Source of the DNA: an uncultured Spirochaetota bacterium
Lineage (GTDB): Bacteria; Spirochaetota; Spirochaetia; SZUA-6; Fen-1364
Length of the DNA stretch: 64,000 nucleotides
Assembly (NCBI GenBank): GCA_963845535.1
Contig: CAWJSK010000012.1
Coordinates: 160,001 to 224,000 of the forward strand
Direction: 5' to 3'
In this document: positions 9,535 to 19,263 of the stretch, piece after piece
How the letters are laid out: every line of letters starts with the position of its first letter
How positions within the stretch are numbered: the first letter of the stretch is position 1
Notes under the pieces: generated by a model
What the model saw: only the letters and a program-made list of their open reading frames with translations
Told to the model about the DNA's origin: nothing
Databases searched by the model: none
Program-made: the position numbers and the translations under genes

Positions 9535-11076
9535 GTGGAGACAATCCTTCGGATCATGCAGGACTCCGGGCTCCCGGGCCTGGACACGAAAAAGCTGGAC
9601 GCGTTCAGGGCCGCGGGCGCGTCCGTGATAGGCGGGAGAGACGCGCGCATTTACCGACGCTCCGTCAACGCGCGTGACGGCGTCCTGTATTTCATTGGCG
9701 CCGCGAAAAGCCAGAAGAGCCTCTACATGGTCCGGGAAAAGCCGTTCGCGTCCGGGTTCGAGGGGACAACGGCCCGCATGGGCGGCTTTTCCATCCTGAA
9801 GGCCGCCCTTTCGCCGAGGAACGCCGAACGCCTTCATGAGGAGTTTCCGTTCACCATGCCCGCGTCCCTTCGGGACAGGATGACGACCATTGGATGCGGC
9901 GACCGCCTGGGGCTTGCCACTGCCGGCCACATCCGGGCGGTGGAGAAGTACGACGCCGCCCCTGTCCTTGCCCAGCAGTCCATCCGGGAGCTCACGCTCA
10001 CGGGCCGAAACTACCCCGGCGTTGTCGCGGACGTGACGTTCCTCGTTTTCCAGGAAGGCTACCGGCGAGGCTACGGCGCGGATGGCGACCATCTCAAGAC
10101 GATCACGGATATCGATGCGGCCCTGGCGGCCGGCATGCCCATGATCACCCTGGATCTGAGTGACGTCATGTCAGCCGAGCCCGCGCTCTGGAACGCCGGC
10201 CGCGTGGAGGAGCAGTTTGGGAAGCTCGGGGCTGATGTGCGGAGTCACGTGCTGGACGGCTACGCGGACAAAACGTTCCGGCAGGGAAGCTCGACAATCC
10301 GGTTCACCGCGCTGGAAGCCAGGCGCTGCGCGCTGATGTACCTTCGAGCCCTCGACTTCTCACGGGAAGCGGACAGCCATATCAGGGCCAGGCGGGGGGA
10401 CCAGTACGACCTGGAAATCAGCATCGATGAGACCACTGCTCCGACACTGCCGGAGCACCACCTCTTCATTGCGAACGAGCTTGCGCTGCGCGGAGTAAGG
10501 GTTAGCTCGCTCGCTCCACGCTTCGTCGGCGAGTTCCAGAAAGGGATCGACTACATCGGAGACCTTGGCGAGTTCGAGAAGCAGTTTGCCGTCCACTGCG
10601 ATATTGCGAAATCGCGCGGTGGCTACAAGGTTTCCATCCATTCCGGGAGCGACAAGTTCTCCGTCTATCCGGCAATCGGCCGGCATACGGGGATGCGTGT
10701 GCACCTGAAAACCGCCGGAACGAGCTGGCTCCAGGCAGTCTCCGTGATTGCCCGCGTCAACCCGCCGTTCTTTCGACAGATGGTGGACAAGGCGCTCCAG
10801 TCATTCCCGGACGCTTCCCGGCTCTACCACGTCAGCGCGGACCCCGCCGCGGTCCCTGCCGCGAGCGGTCTGTCCGACTCGGAGCTGCCCAACCTGCTCG
10901 ACGCGAAGGATTCGCGCCAGATCCTGCACATCACCTACGGCGGGCTTCTGAATGATCCCGCGACCCGCGCCGGCATCTTCGAGACCCTCGCCGCAAACGA
11001 GGACGCGCACGACGCCGCGGTGGAGGAGCACATCGAGAAGCACCTGCGCCTGCTTGGTGTGGCGCCGCGGGCTTAG
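9535..11076 (+). CDS. uxaE: Tagaturonate/fructuronate epimerase
   Basis: GCGDRLG, AQQSIRE, GADGDHLK, EISIDET, APRFVGEFQKGIDY, HSGSDKF, HLKTAGTSWL; start uncertain (GTG 9535 or ATG 9556). Confidence 0.9.
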   Translation: METILRIMQDSGLPGLDTKKLDAFRAAGASVIGGRDARIYRRSVNARDGVLYFIGAAKSQKSLYMVREKPFASGFEGTTARMGGFSILKAALSPRNAERLHEEFPFTMPASLRDRMTTIGCGDRLGLATAGHIRAVEKYDAAPVLAQQSIRELTLTGRNYPGVVADVTFLVFQEGYRRGYGADGDHLKTITDIDAALAAGMPMITLDLSDVMSAEPALWNAGRVEEQFGKLGADVRSHVLDGYADKTFRQGSSTIRFTALEARRCALMYLRALDFSREADSHIRARRGDQYDLEISIDETTAPTLPEHHLFIANELALRGVRVSSLAPRFVGEFQKGIDYIGDLGEFEKQFAVHCDIAKSRGGYKVSIHSGSDKFSVYPAIGRHTGMRVHLKTAGTSWLQAVSVIARVNPPFFRQMVDKALQSFPDASRLYHVSADPAAVPAASGLSDSELPNLLDAKDSRQILHITYGGLLNDPATRAGIFETLAANEDAHDAAVEEHIEKHLRLLGVAPRA

Positions 11077-12500
11077 CCCCCTGTCTTCAAGGGGATTGCA
11101 AAGTACTCGGCGGCGTTGGCAAAGCAGATGTCCCTGACCATCCCGCCCAGGAGCTCGAAGTCCTCCGGCGCCTCTCCCCTCTCCACGGCATCCCCAAGAA
11201 AATCGCACAGGACCCGACGAAAGCATTCGTGACGGGGATACGAAAGAAAGCTGCGTGAGTCAGTGACCATCCCGACAAAGCGCGCGAGCAGGCCGATGTC
11301 GGAGAGCATCTGGAGCTGATCGCGCATCCCGTGGGGCTGATCGTTGAACCACCACGCCGGGCCGAACTGCACCTTGCCTCGTATTTTTTCCCCGGGGAAG
11401 TTCCCCGCCATCGCGGCAAGGACGCCGTTGTCCGCGGGGTTCAGGCAGTAGAGGATGGTCCGGGGCAGCATGTCGTTCGAGTCGAGCGCGTCGAGGAACC
11501 GGGCAAGAGAGGCGGCAACAGGGGAATCTCCAACCGTGTCGAAGCCGGAGTTGGGGCCAAGGCTCCGTGAGAAACGGGAGTTGATGTCCCGCAGCGCCCC
11601 GATATGAAGTTGATGGACCCATCCGGCTTCCGCGTCCATTCGCGCCAGCTCCCGGAGGATGGCGGACTTGAAAACGCCCGCGTGCGCGGCGTCAGGGGCC
11701 TTGCCTTCCCGAGCGTCGAGGAATATCGAGCGGACCTCCGACTCCGTGAAATCATCCGCAAAGGGCACCTCGATGCCGTGATCCGAGATCCTGCAACCGT
11801 GCTCGTGAAAATACCGATGTCGATTGCTCAAGGCGTCGATCAGGCTCTGCCAGTCTTTGATGGGGACGCCGGCGCTGTTGGCAAGCCTGTCCACCCAGGA
11901 GTTGAACGCAGCGGGATGCTCGATTGCCATGACGCTGTCAGGGCGAAAGGCGGGTACCACCGTCACGTCGAAGGTACGGTCAGAGCCAAGGTGCTCGTGG
12001 TATTCGAGCGAGTCGACGGGATCATCCGTGGTGCACACCACTCGGACCGACATGCGCCGCAGGAGGCCGCGCACGCTGAAGTCCTTGCGGGAAAGAAGCT
12101 CGGTGCAGGCGCTGTAGATCTCCTTCGCCGTCGCGGGGCCAAGGAGCTTTCCTGAAATCCCGAAATAGCGTTTCAGCTCGAGATGGGTCCAAAGGTACAA
12201 GGGGTTTGGAACGGTTGACGGCACGACGTCCGCCCAGGCCTTGAACTTGTCGAAATCCGACGCGCCTCCCGTGATCAGGCGCTCCGGCACGCCGCTGGCG
12301 CGCATGGCCCGCCACTTGTAGTGGTCTCCACCGAGCCAGATCTCGGTGATGCTGCCGAACTGCCGGTCCTCCGCGATGTCCTTCACCGGCAAATGGCAGT
12401 GGAAATCGAAGATCGGCATCGCCTCGGCATGATCGTGGTACAGCTCACGCGCGGCGCGGCTGCCGAGAAGGAAATCTTCATCCAGAAAATGCCCCTTCAT
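11073..12500 (-). CDS. uxaC: Glucuronate (uronate) isomerase
   Basis: DFHCHL, GGDHYKWRAMR, NPLYLWTHLEL, WWFND, TDSRSFLSYPRHE. Confidence 0.95.
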   Translation of the reverse strand: MKGHFLDEDFLLGSRAARELYHDHAEAMPIFDFHCHLPVKDIAEDRQFGSITEIWLGGDHYKWRAMRASGVPERLITGGASDFDKFKAWADVVPSTVPNPLYLWTHLELKRYFGISGKLLGPATAKEIYSACTELLSRKDFSVRGLLRRMSVRVVCTTDDPVDSLEYHEHLGSDRTFDVTVVPAFRPDSVMAIEHPAAFNSWVDRLANSAGVPIKDWQSLIDALSNRHRYFHEHGCRISDHGIEVPFADDFTESEVRSIFLDAREGKAPDAAHAGVFKSAILRELARMDAEAGWVHQLHIGALRDINSRFSRSLGPNSGFDTVGDSPVAASLARFLDALDSNDMLPRTILYCLNPADNGVLAAMAGNFPGEKIRGKVQFGPAWWFNDQPHGMRDQLQMLSDIGLLARFVGMVTDSRSFLSYPRHECFRRVLCDFLGDAVERGEAPEDFELLGGMVRDICFANAAEYFAIPLKTGG

Positions 12501-12517
12501 TATGTGCCTCCCGTCGT

Positions 12518-13591
12518 CTATTTCCCCATCGCCTGAAGCATGGCGCGCATGTAGCCGATGGCGTAGGCCATGCCGGCGTGCCACGGCGCCGAGCAGTCCA
12601 CGAGCGGTGTATGGTCCGGAATGAGAACGCCCTGATACCCGTTTCCCTTGAGGATCCGCATGACCCGCGGGACGTCGATGTCCCCCTCGTCGATGAACAC
12701 CTCATGGTAGCGGGGGATCTTCCCGCGCACGTTGCGCAGGTGTACGTACGCCAGCTTGCCCTGGGCGCTGTAATGCTCCGTGGCCTGGTAGACATCCCCC
12801 TCCGTCATCTCGGCAATCGTGCCGATGCAGAACTCCAGCGCGTTGGAGCGGCTGGGCTTGAGGTCCAGCAGCCTCTGGTACATGCCGGGCTGGTACACAA
12901 GCCGCGGCGTGCCGCGAACGGTCTGCGCCGGCGGGTCGTCCGGATGTGCCGCCAGGATCACGCCCGCCTCCTCGGCAACGGGGATCAGCTCCTCCAGGAA
13001 CCGCGCAAGCCTCCGCCACAGCTCGTCATGGCTGATGGGAGCAAGCGTCCCGGGGGCGGCATGCCGGTCATAGATCATGTTCCAGACCATGCCGACCGGC
13101 ACAGGGGTCTGGTCCACTCCGTCCACGCCCACGGAGTCAGCACCGCCCCGCGCAAAGGGACCGGTCACTCTTCCGGCCACCCCCGCGATGCTGAAGTTGT
13201 ACCCCATGATGGGGATCCCCGCGGCGCCCACGTTTCGAACAAGGCGCTTCACGTTCTCCATGTGCGCCGCGCGCAGAGGCCCGTCGAGGAGCACATCATA
13301 CCAATGCGCCGGATCGAAGTTCTCGATTGCCTCCAGCCTCAGGCCTTCGGCTTCGATCTGCCGCCGAATGTCGCGAAGCTCCTCCGCCGTCCACAGGGCA
13401 CCCGGGTCCCCCGCGATCCCCCAGCCTCCCGGGCCGCTGTCCACCGGTTGGTTGTCCGCACCCGCGGCCGGCTCAGGCTTGCGGAAATAGTCCACGAGGT
13501 GGATCACGACGTGCGAACAGCCGATCTGCCTGGCGAACCGGTAGTTGGCGGGAGTGAGCATGTGCCGATAGAGGCCGATTCCCAGGTTCAT
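12518..13591 (-). CDS. uxuA: Mannonate dehydratase
   Basis: IENF, GYNF, AAHPDDPP, FCIGT, VHLRNV, IPDHTP. Confidence 0.88.
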   Translation of the reverse strand: MNLGIGLYRHMLTPANYRFARQIGCSHVVIHLVDYFRKPEPAAGADNQPVDSGPGGWGIAGDPGALWTAEELRDIRRQIEAEGLRLEAIENFDPAHWYDVLLDGPLRAAHMENVKRLVRNVGAAGIPIMGYNFSIAGVAGRVTGPFARGGADSVGVDGVDQTPVPVGMVWNMIYDRHAAPGTLAPISHDELWRRLARFLEELIPVAEEAGVILAAHPDDPPAQTVRGTPRLVYQPGMYQRLLDLKPSRSNALEFCIGTIAEMTEGDVYQATEHYSAQGKLAYVHLRNVRGKIPRYHEVFIDEGDIDVPRVMRILKGNGYQGVLIPDHTPLVDCSAPWHAGMAYAIGYMRAMLQAMGK

Positions 13592-13592
13592 G

Positions 13593-14426
13593 TCAGACGC
13601 AGTCCACGAGAAAGCCGCCATCCACCGGGACGCACGTGCCGGTGACGAAACCGGAAGCTTTGTCGCTCGCAAGGAACACCACCGCGCCCGAAAGGTCGTC
13701 CGGGTCGCCAAACCTCGCAAAAGGGGTCCGGGAAATGATGTCGCGCCCGCGCTGCGTAAGCTGCCCTGTTTTCTCGTCGACCAGAAGCGCCTTGTTCTGC
13801 TTGCCCAGGAAGAAGCCCGGCGCAACGGCGTTCACCCGTATCCCATGCGGCGCGAACTCCTTTGCGGCCGCCATCGTGAGGTTCAGGACCGCGGCCTTGG
13901 CCGCGTCGTACGCCCAGACACCGGAGAGCGGGACATAGGACGACATGGAGGCCATGTTGATGATGGATCCATGCGTTTTCGTGTCGATCCAGTGACGGCA
14001 GAACACTTTGGTCGGCACCATGAACCCCCCCACGAGGTTGAGCTTGAGGACCTCTTCGAACAGGGCGATGTCGGTGTCCAGGAACGCCGTCTTTCCTTTG
14101 TTCCCGCCAACCGCATTGACCAGGACGTCTATGACGCCGAGCCTGGGAACGGATGTCCGCAGCGCCTCCGCCATCGAGCTCTCGCTTTGGGCGTCGGCCA
14201 GCACCCAGTCCACACGATCGCCGGCATCCGCCGCCCGGCCCGCGCGCTCAGCCGCTTCCGCAAGCGAATCAGGGTGCCTGCCCCAGAGAGACACGCGCGC
14301 CCCCGCGCGCAGGAGCGCTTCGGCCATGGCGCCGGCAAGCACGCCCGCTCCCCCCGTGATGACCACGGTCCGCCCGTTCAGCCCGAATCTTTGCTCCAGG
14401 TATTCAGTGCTTTGTCCCATCGCCAC
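13593..14426 (-). CDS. SDR family oxidoreductase (D-mannonate oxidoreductase-like)
   Basis: TGGAGVLA, NAVGGN, YDAAK, NAVAPGFF; lies in the uxuA/uxaC operon. Confidence 0.85.
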   Translation of the reverse strand: MAMGQSTEYLEQRFGLNGRTVVITGGAGVLAGAMAEALLRAGARVSLWGRHPDSLAEAAERAGRAADAGDRVDWVLADAQSESSMAEALRTSVPRLGVIDVLVNAVGGNKGKTAFLDTDIALFEEVLKLNLVGGFMVPTKVFCRHWIDTKTHGSIINMASMSSYVPLSGVWAYDAAKAAVLNLTMAAAKEFAPHGIRVNAVAPGFFLGKQNKALLVDEKTGQLTQRGRDIISRTPFARFGDPDDLSGAVVFLASDKASGFVTGTCVPVDGGFLVDCV

Positions 14427-14509
14427 ACCCCCTCTTGGCCGACATTGTCCGCAAAACGTTTTGCCGCGATACCCGACACGATTTTTCCCTGACGGCGGCG
14501 CGATTTTTC

Positions 14510-14560
14510 TTGACAGGAAAGTGAAGCGGGTTCACAATATCTGCCATACAAGTATGGTAG
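14510..14560 (+). promoter_or_regulatory. Sigma70-type promoter and palindromic operator candidate for the GntR/ABC operon
   Basis: TTGACA (14510-14515), 17 nt, CACAAT (14533-14538); CTGCCATAC-AA-GTATGGTAG (14541-14560, 8/9 inverted match) overlaps the ATG. Confidence 0.6.
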
Positions 14561-15264
14561 CATCGGAAGGGCTGCAAGTCGAGATCCTCGAAAAAGAAAA
14601 AAACCAGCCCATCCATCAGTGGGTTTACCAGACGCTGAGAAACAGCATCATCAAGCTCATCCTTCAGCCCGCGCAGCAGATCAGTGAGAACGACGTTTCG
14701 GAAGCGCTCGGCATCAGCCGAACGCCCGTTCGGGAAGCGTTCATCAGGCTGGCGGAAGACGGCCTCATCAACATCACCCCGCAGAAGCGCTCAATCGTCT
14801 CCCTCATAGACCTGGAACAGGCGGATGAGGCGCGGTTCGTGCGTCTTGCGGTGGAGAAGGCGGTGCTCCGGGAGGCATGCGTGCGGCTTTCCCCTGCTGA
14901 TCTAGCCATCCTGGACGCCAACCTCCAGGAGGAAGAGACCTGCCGCGCGGAGAAGGCTTTCGACCGGATGCTGATCGTGGACAATGACTTCCACCGCCTC
15001 ATCTTCCGCGGCTGCGCCAAGGAAAGAAGCTGGCTTTACCTCAAGAAGCTTGATTACAACTACGACAGGTTGCGCGTCATGGTCATGCCGTTGTCCATTG
15101 ACAGGATCATTTCCGAGCATGGCAGGATCAGGGACCTCATCAGAAAAGGGAAGGCAGACCACGTGGAGGAGGTCCTTGACCACCACCTCACGTGGGAGAT
15201 CATCAATCGAGTGGTGCGGGATTACCCGCCGCAATATTTCAGGCAGGACAGGAGGGAAACATGA
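14554..15264 (+). CDS. GntR (FadR/FCD) family transcriptional regulator
   Basis: wHTH ISENDVSEALGISRTPVREA; FCD DNDFH..EH. Confidence 0.92.
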   Translation: MVASEGLQVEILEKEKNQPIHQWVYQTLRNSIIKLILQPAQQISENDVSEALGISRTPVREAFIRLAEDGLINITPQKRSIVSLIDLEQADEARFVRLAVEKAVLREACVRLSPADLAILDANLQEEETCRAEKAFDRMLIVDNDFHRLIFRGCAKERSWLYLKKLDYNYDRLRVMVMPLSIDRIISEHGRIRDLIRKGKADHVEEVLDHHLTWEIINRVVRDYPPQYFRQDRRET

Positions 15265-16424
15265 AACGGTCTTTTCGGAACGCGGTTGTTTTCTGCGCGC
15301 TGGTCCTTGCGCCGGCGCTTCTCTTCTCCCAGGCGAGCTGGTCGGGCAAACCGGTGAAGCTCAGCATCATCGACGTGGCGGGGAACCTGAAGCTCTCAAA
15401 GCCTGCCATCGAGGCGTTCAAGGCAGCCAACCCGAGGATGATCTCCGACATCGAGTACATCATTGCAACGGCGCCCGAGCTGGTGGCGAAGATCAAGGCC
15501 CAGCAGATGGCCGGCAACCTGGACACCACCATGGTCCTCACCGGCTATGACGGGATGGCGGCGGGCAAGGAACAAGGGGTGTGGCTGCAGGTCATGCCGA
15601 AATACAAGGCGGTCTTCGAGAAGTCCATCAACTCCTACCTCCCCGGCGCCCGGGCGGCCTACAACCTGTTCGACGGATACGGGATCGCGTACGTGTTCTG
15701 TCCCGGCGGCCCAATGTTCACCTACAACCCGGATACGGTGAAGAACCCGCCCAAGACCGCGGCGGAGCTCCTGGCATGGGCGAAGGCAAACCCTGGCAAG
15801 TTCATGTATGCCAGGCCGGCGAACTCGGGCCCGGGCCGGGCTTTTCTCCAGGGGTTGCCATACATCCTTGGTGACCCGGATCCGAAAGACCCCTCCACGT
15901 GGACCAAGACCTGGGCCTACCTGAGGGAGCTGGACCAGTACATCGACTACTACCCCACGGGGACCGGCACCACGTTCAAGGAGCTGGCGGAAGGGACCCG
16001 GTGGATCGTTGCCAGCCATCTGGGTTGGGACATGAACATGCGGATCCTCGAGACCATCCCGGCAAACTTCCAGGCCTTCTTCCTCGAGAACACGACCTGG
16101 GTCAACGACACCCAGTTCATGTGCGTCCCCCTGGGACTGGACGAAAACCGTGAAAAAGCCACCATCGCGCTCATGGAATGGCTCATGCGGCCGGCTGAGC
16201 AGGCCGTCACGTATGACGACGGCTACTTCTATCCCGGACCTGCAATCCGCGGCGTCCCCCTGACCATGGCGCCCCTGGCAAGCCAGGAACGCATCAGGCC
16301 CGCCATGCGGAAAGCCTATGACGAAGCCGCGGCGAAGTTCCCCAACGCATCGCAACTGGACGCCAAGCCGCTTGTGCAGGCTTTCGACATGTGGGACAAG
16401 CTGGTCGGCTCGAAGACCAGGTAG
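15261..16424 (+). CDS. ABC transporter substrate-binding protein (PotD/AfuA-like class)
   Basis: Signal peptide; YARPANSGPGR, GYFYPGPA; first gene of a 4-gene ABC cluster. Confidence 0.85.
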   Translation: MKRSFRNAVVFCALVLAPALLFSQASWSGKPVKLSIIDVAGNLKLSKPAIEAFKAANPRMISDIEYIIATAPELVAKIKAQQMAGNLDTTMVLTGYDGMAAGKEQGVWLQVMPKYKAVFEKSINSYLPGARAAYNLFDGYGIAYVFCPGGPMFTYNPDTVKNPPKTAAELLAWAKANPGKFMYARPANSGPGRAFLQGLPYILGDPDPKDPSTWTKTWAYLRELDQYIDYYPTGTGTTFKELAEGTRWIVASHLGWDMNMRILETIPANFQAFFLENTTWVNDTQFMCVPLGLDENREKATIALMEWLMRPAEQAVTYDDGYFYPGPAIRGVPLTMAPLASQERIRPAMRKAYDEAAAKFPNASQLDAKPLVQAFDMWDKLVGSKTR

Positions 16425-16445
16425 ACGGTTCACGGGAGGCCCGCG

Positions 16446-17573
16446 GTGAAGGACTTCACCAGTTTCGTCATCAAGGACGTGACGAAAGAGTTCGACGGAA
16501 AGACCGCCCTGGCCCGGTTTTCCCTTTCCATCTCGCACGGGGAGTTCGTCACGTTCCTCGGCCCCTCGGGATGCGGGAAGTCCACGGCGCTCAACTGCAT
16601 TGCGGGCCTCCTTCCGATCTCGAGCGGGGAGATCTCCATTGACGGGGATCTCATTGATGACGGCACGCGGAAGGTGCCCGCGGAGAAGCGCGGGTTCGGC
16701 CTCGTTTTCCAGAACTACGCGCTTTTCCCGCACCTCTCCGTATTCGGGAACGTCGCTTTCGGGCTGCACATCCGCAAGCTTCCCAAGGCGGTGGTGGCCG
16801 ACAAGGTGCGCGCGGCGCTGAAGCTCGTGCACCTGGAAAGCCACGAAGCGAAGTTCCCGGCGCAGCTATCCGGCGGCGAGCAGCAGCGCGTCGCCATTGC
16901 CCGCTGCATCGTGCTGGAGCCGCGGCTTCTCATGCTGGATGAACCGCTGTCGAACCTGGACGCAAAGCTGCGCGTGGAGATGAGAAACGAGCTCCTGGCG
17001 CTCCACATCCGCCTGAAGGTGACCACGATCTACGTCACCCATGACCAGCAGGAGGCGCTCGCCCTTTCGGACCGCATCGTCGTGATGCGCCTGGGCCACA
17101 TCCAGCAGGTCGGCACGCCGCAGCAGGTGTACTCGGATCCCGCCAACCTCTTTGTCGCGGACTTCATGGGATTCAAGAACATCTGGGATGGGGAGCTGGA
17201 GTCCGTCCAGGAAAGGGCGGACGGGCTGGACGCACAGGTTGCGGTTTCCGGGATGCGCCTGCGCGCCCGCCTTCCTTACCCCTCGGGGGACCCCCGGAGG
17301 GACGCGCTCCTTGCCGCCTCACGCACGGACAGGAAAGTGACCACGGCAATCCGGCCGGAGGACATCACCGTGGGCAGGGCCCCGGACGGCTCCTGCGTGC
17401 GCGCGAAGGTGGCGCTGGTGGAGTATCAGGGGCAAGCGAGCTTCGTGACCACCCGCGCGGACAACGGGACCATCATCGAGCTGCGGCCGCCTGCGCCGGT
17501 GCGGATTGCCGACACGCTGGAGCTCGCCATTGCGCCGGAAAAGATCTTCGTGTTCGCGGGAAACGGGGGGTAG
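16446..17573 (+). CDS. ABC transporter ATP-binding protein (PotA-like)
   Basis: GPSGCGKS, LSGGEQQR, LDEPLSNLD, C-terminal TOBE-like domain. Confidence 0.95.
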   Translation: MKDFTSFVIKDVTKEFDGKTALARFSLSISHGEFVTFLGPSGCGKSTALNCIAGLLPISSGEISIDGDLIDDGTRKVPAEKRGFGLVFQNYALFPHLSVFGNVAFGLHIRKLPKAVVADKVRAALKLVHLESHEAKFPAQLSGGEQQRVAIARCIVLEPRLLMLDEPLSNLDAKLRVEMRNELLALHIRLKVTTIYVTHDQQEALALSDRIVVMRLGHIQQVGTPQQVYSDPANLFVADFMGFKNIWDGELESVQERADGLDAQVAVSGMRLRARLPYPSGDPRRDALLAASRTDRKVTTAIRPEDITVGRAPDGSCVRAKVALVEYQGQASFVTTRADNGTIIELRPPAPVRIADTLELAIAPEKIFVFAGNGG

Positions 17574-17576
17574 GTC

Positions 17577-18434
17577 ATGCAGCCGGGATTGCGCGGCGGC
17601 AGGCTCCTTCTCCTTGTTCCCGCCATCGCGTTCGTGCTTCTCCTGTTCGTCTACCCGTTCCTCTACGGATTGTTTCTCAGCTTCACCACCACGACCGGGA
17701 CCCCGACGCTCGCCAACTACGCGCGGTTCTTCCTCGACCCCTGGGAGCTGCGGACCATCTGGGTGACGCTGTGGATCTCCGTGCCGGCAACGCTCATCAA
17801 CGTGGCGCTGGCCATTCCTTTCGCCGTGTACATGCGCCACGGGATGCGCGGAGAGAAGCTCATCACGTTCTTCCTGATCGTCCCCCTTACGCTGGGGACC
17901 GTGCTCCTCTCCGAGGGGATGCTCACCTACATGGGGCCCAACGGATGGCTGAACCAGCTTCTCCTGGCCATTCATCTTGTCGGAAAGCCGGTCCGCTTCA
18001 CGCACAACTACACCGGCGTGCTGCTTTCCCTTGTCATCCAGGGGTTCCCGTTTGCCTTCCTCATGATCCTGGGCTACGTCTCGGGGATCAACCCGGACCT
18101 GGAAAAAGCAAGCCGCATGCTCGGCGCCTCGCGCCTTTCCACCTTTGCTCGGGTGCTGTTCCCGCTCATGGTGCCGGGGATTGCCATCTGCTTCTGCCTG
18201 AACTTCGTCATGGCGTTCTCCGTGTTCCCCTCCGCCATGCTCCTGGGGGAGCCGTCAGGCCCCACACGCGTCATTGCCATTGCCGCCTGGCAGTGGGCTT
18301 TCGAGAAGTTCGATTTCAACACGGCTTCCGCAATTTCCATGGTCATGGCCGTGATCGAGCTGATCGTCATTTCGGCTGTCCTCGTCTGGAGAAACAGGAT
18401 GTACCGGGGCGCCTCCATGGTGGGAAAAGGATAA
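17577..18434 (+). CDS. ABC transporter permease
   Basis: Six hydrophobic segments; EAA-like loop LEKASRMLGA. Confidence 0.92.
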   Translation: MQPGLRGGRLLLLVPAIAFVLLLFVYPFLYGLFLSFTTTTGTPTLANYARFFLDPWELRTIWVTLWISVPATLINVALAIPFAVYMRHGMRGEKLITFFLIVPLTLGTVLLSEGMLTYMGPNGWLNQLLLAIHLVGKPVRFTHNYTGVLLSLVIQGFPFAFLMILGYVSGINPDLEKASRMLGASRLSTFARVLFPLMVPGIAICFCLNFVMAFSVFPSAMLLGEPSGPTRVIAIAAWQWAFEKFDFNTASAISMVMAVIELIVISAVLVWRNRMYRGASMVGKG

Positions 18435-18439
18435 AAGCG

Positions 18440-19258
18440 ATGCGGACAAGGAAGGTCACCACGGGCGGTGTGTTCTTTATCCTTGCAATGATCGTGTACG
18501 TCGGGAACGTCCTCGGCATCCTCTTCACCGTCATCCTCAACTCCGCGTCCAAGGGCTGGTATCACGGGCTGCTGCCCAGGATCATCACGGTTGAGTGGTA
18601 CGCCTACGTGGCGGGGGACCACGACATCGCGTACTTGTTGTTCATCACGTTCCTGGTCGCCATCGTCGTTGTTGCCGTCTCCATCCTGATTGCCTTCCCG
18701 GCGGCGTACGTGCTGAGCCGCTCGGAGTTCCGGGGGAAGGGCGCGCTCCTCTCCGTCTTCCTGCTGCCCATGATCGTACCTCCCATGACCTACGGGATCC
18801 CGCTCGCCATGGTGCTGTACAAGTTCCACCTGGCATCCCGGGTCATCGGGGTGATCCTGGCCAACCTCGTGCCCATAGTTCCGTTCGTGATCCTCATCCT
18901 GATGCCGTTCATCGAGCAGGTAAGCGCAAACCTGGAATCAGCGGCGCAGATGCTGGGCGCCCGTCGGTGGACCGTCTTCCGCAAGATCCTTGTGCCGTTG
19001 ACGCTGCCCGGGATGCTCACTGCTGCCATTCTTTCGATTGTAAAGACGATATCGATGTTCGAGCTGACCTATCTCGTTGCGGGGGCCAGGTCCCAGACCA
19101 TCGTGGTTGCGCTCTACGCGGACGCGTACGCCGCCGGCGCCCGTCCTCCCCAGGCCGTGGACGCCCTGGCAGTCATCTACTTCCTCACCACGATGGTCTG
19201 CCTCGTGGTAGCGCTGCGCTTCGTCAGCCCCACTCAGATGGTGTTCAAGATCAAGTAG
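18440..19258 (+). CDS. ABC transporter permease
   Basis: ATG 18440; LESAAQMLGA loop; hydrophobic segments. Confidence 0.92.
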   Translation: MRTRKVTTGGVFFILAMIVYVGNVLGILFTVILNSASKGWYHGLLPRIITVEWYAYVAGDHDIAYLLFITFLVAIVVVAVSILIAFPAAYVLSRSEFRGKGALLSVFLLPMIVPPMTYGIPLAMVLYKFHLASRVIGVILANLVPIVPFVILILMPFIEQVSANLESAAQMLGARRWTVFRKILVPLTLPGMLTAAILSIVKTISMFELTYLVAGARSQTIVVALYADAYAAGARPPQAVDALAVIYFLTTMVCLVVALRFVSPTQMVFKIK

Positions 19259-19263
19259 GCCGC

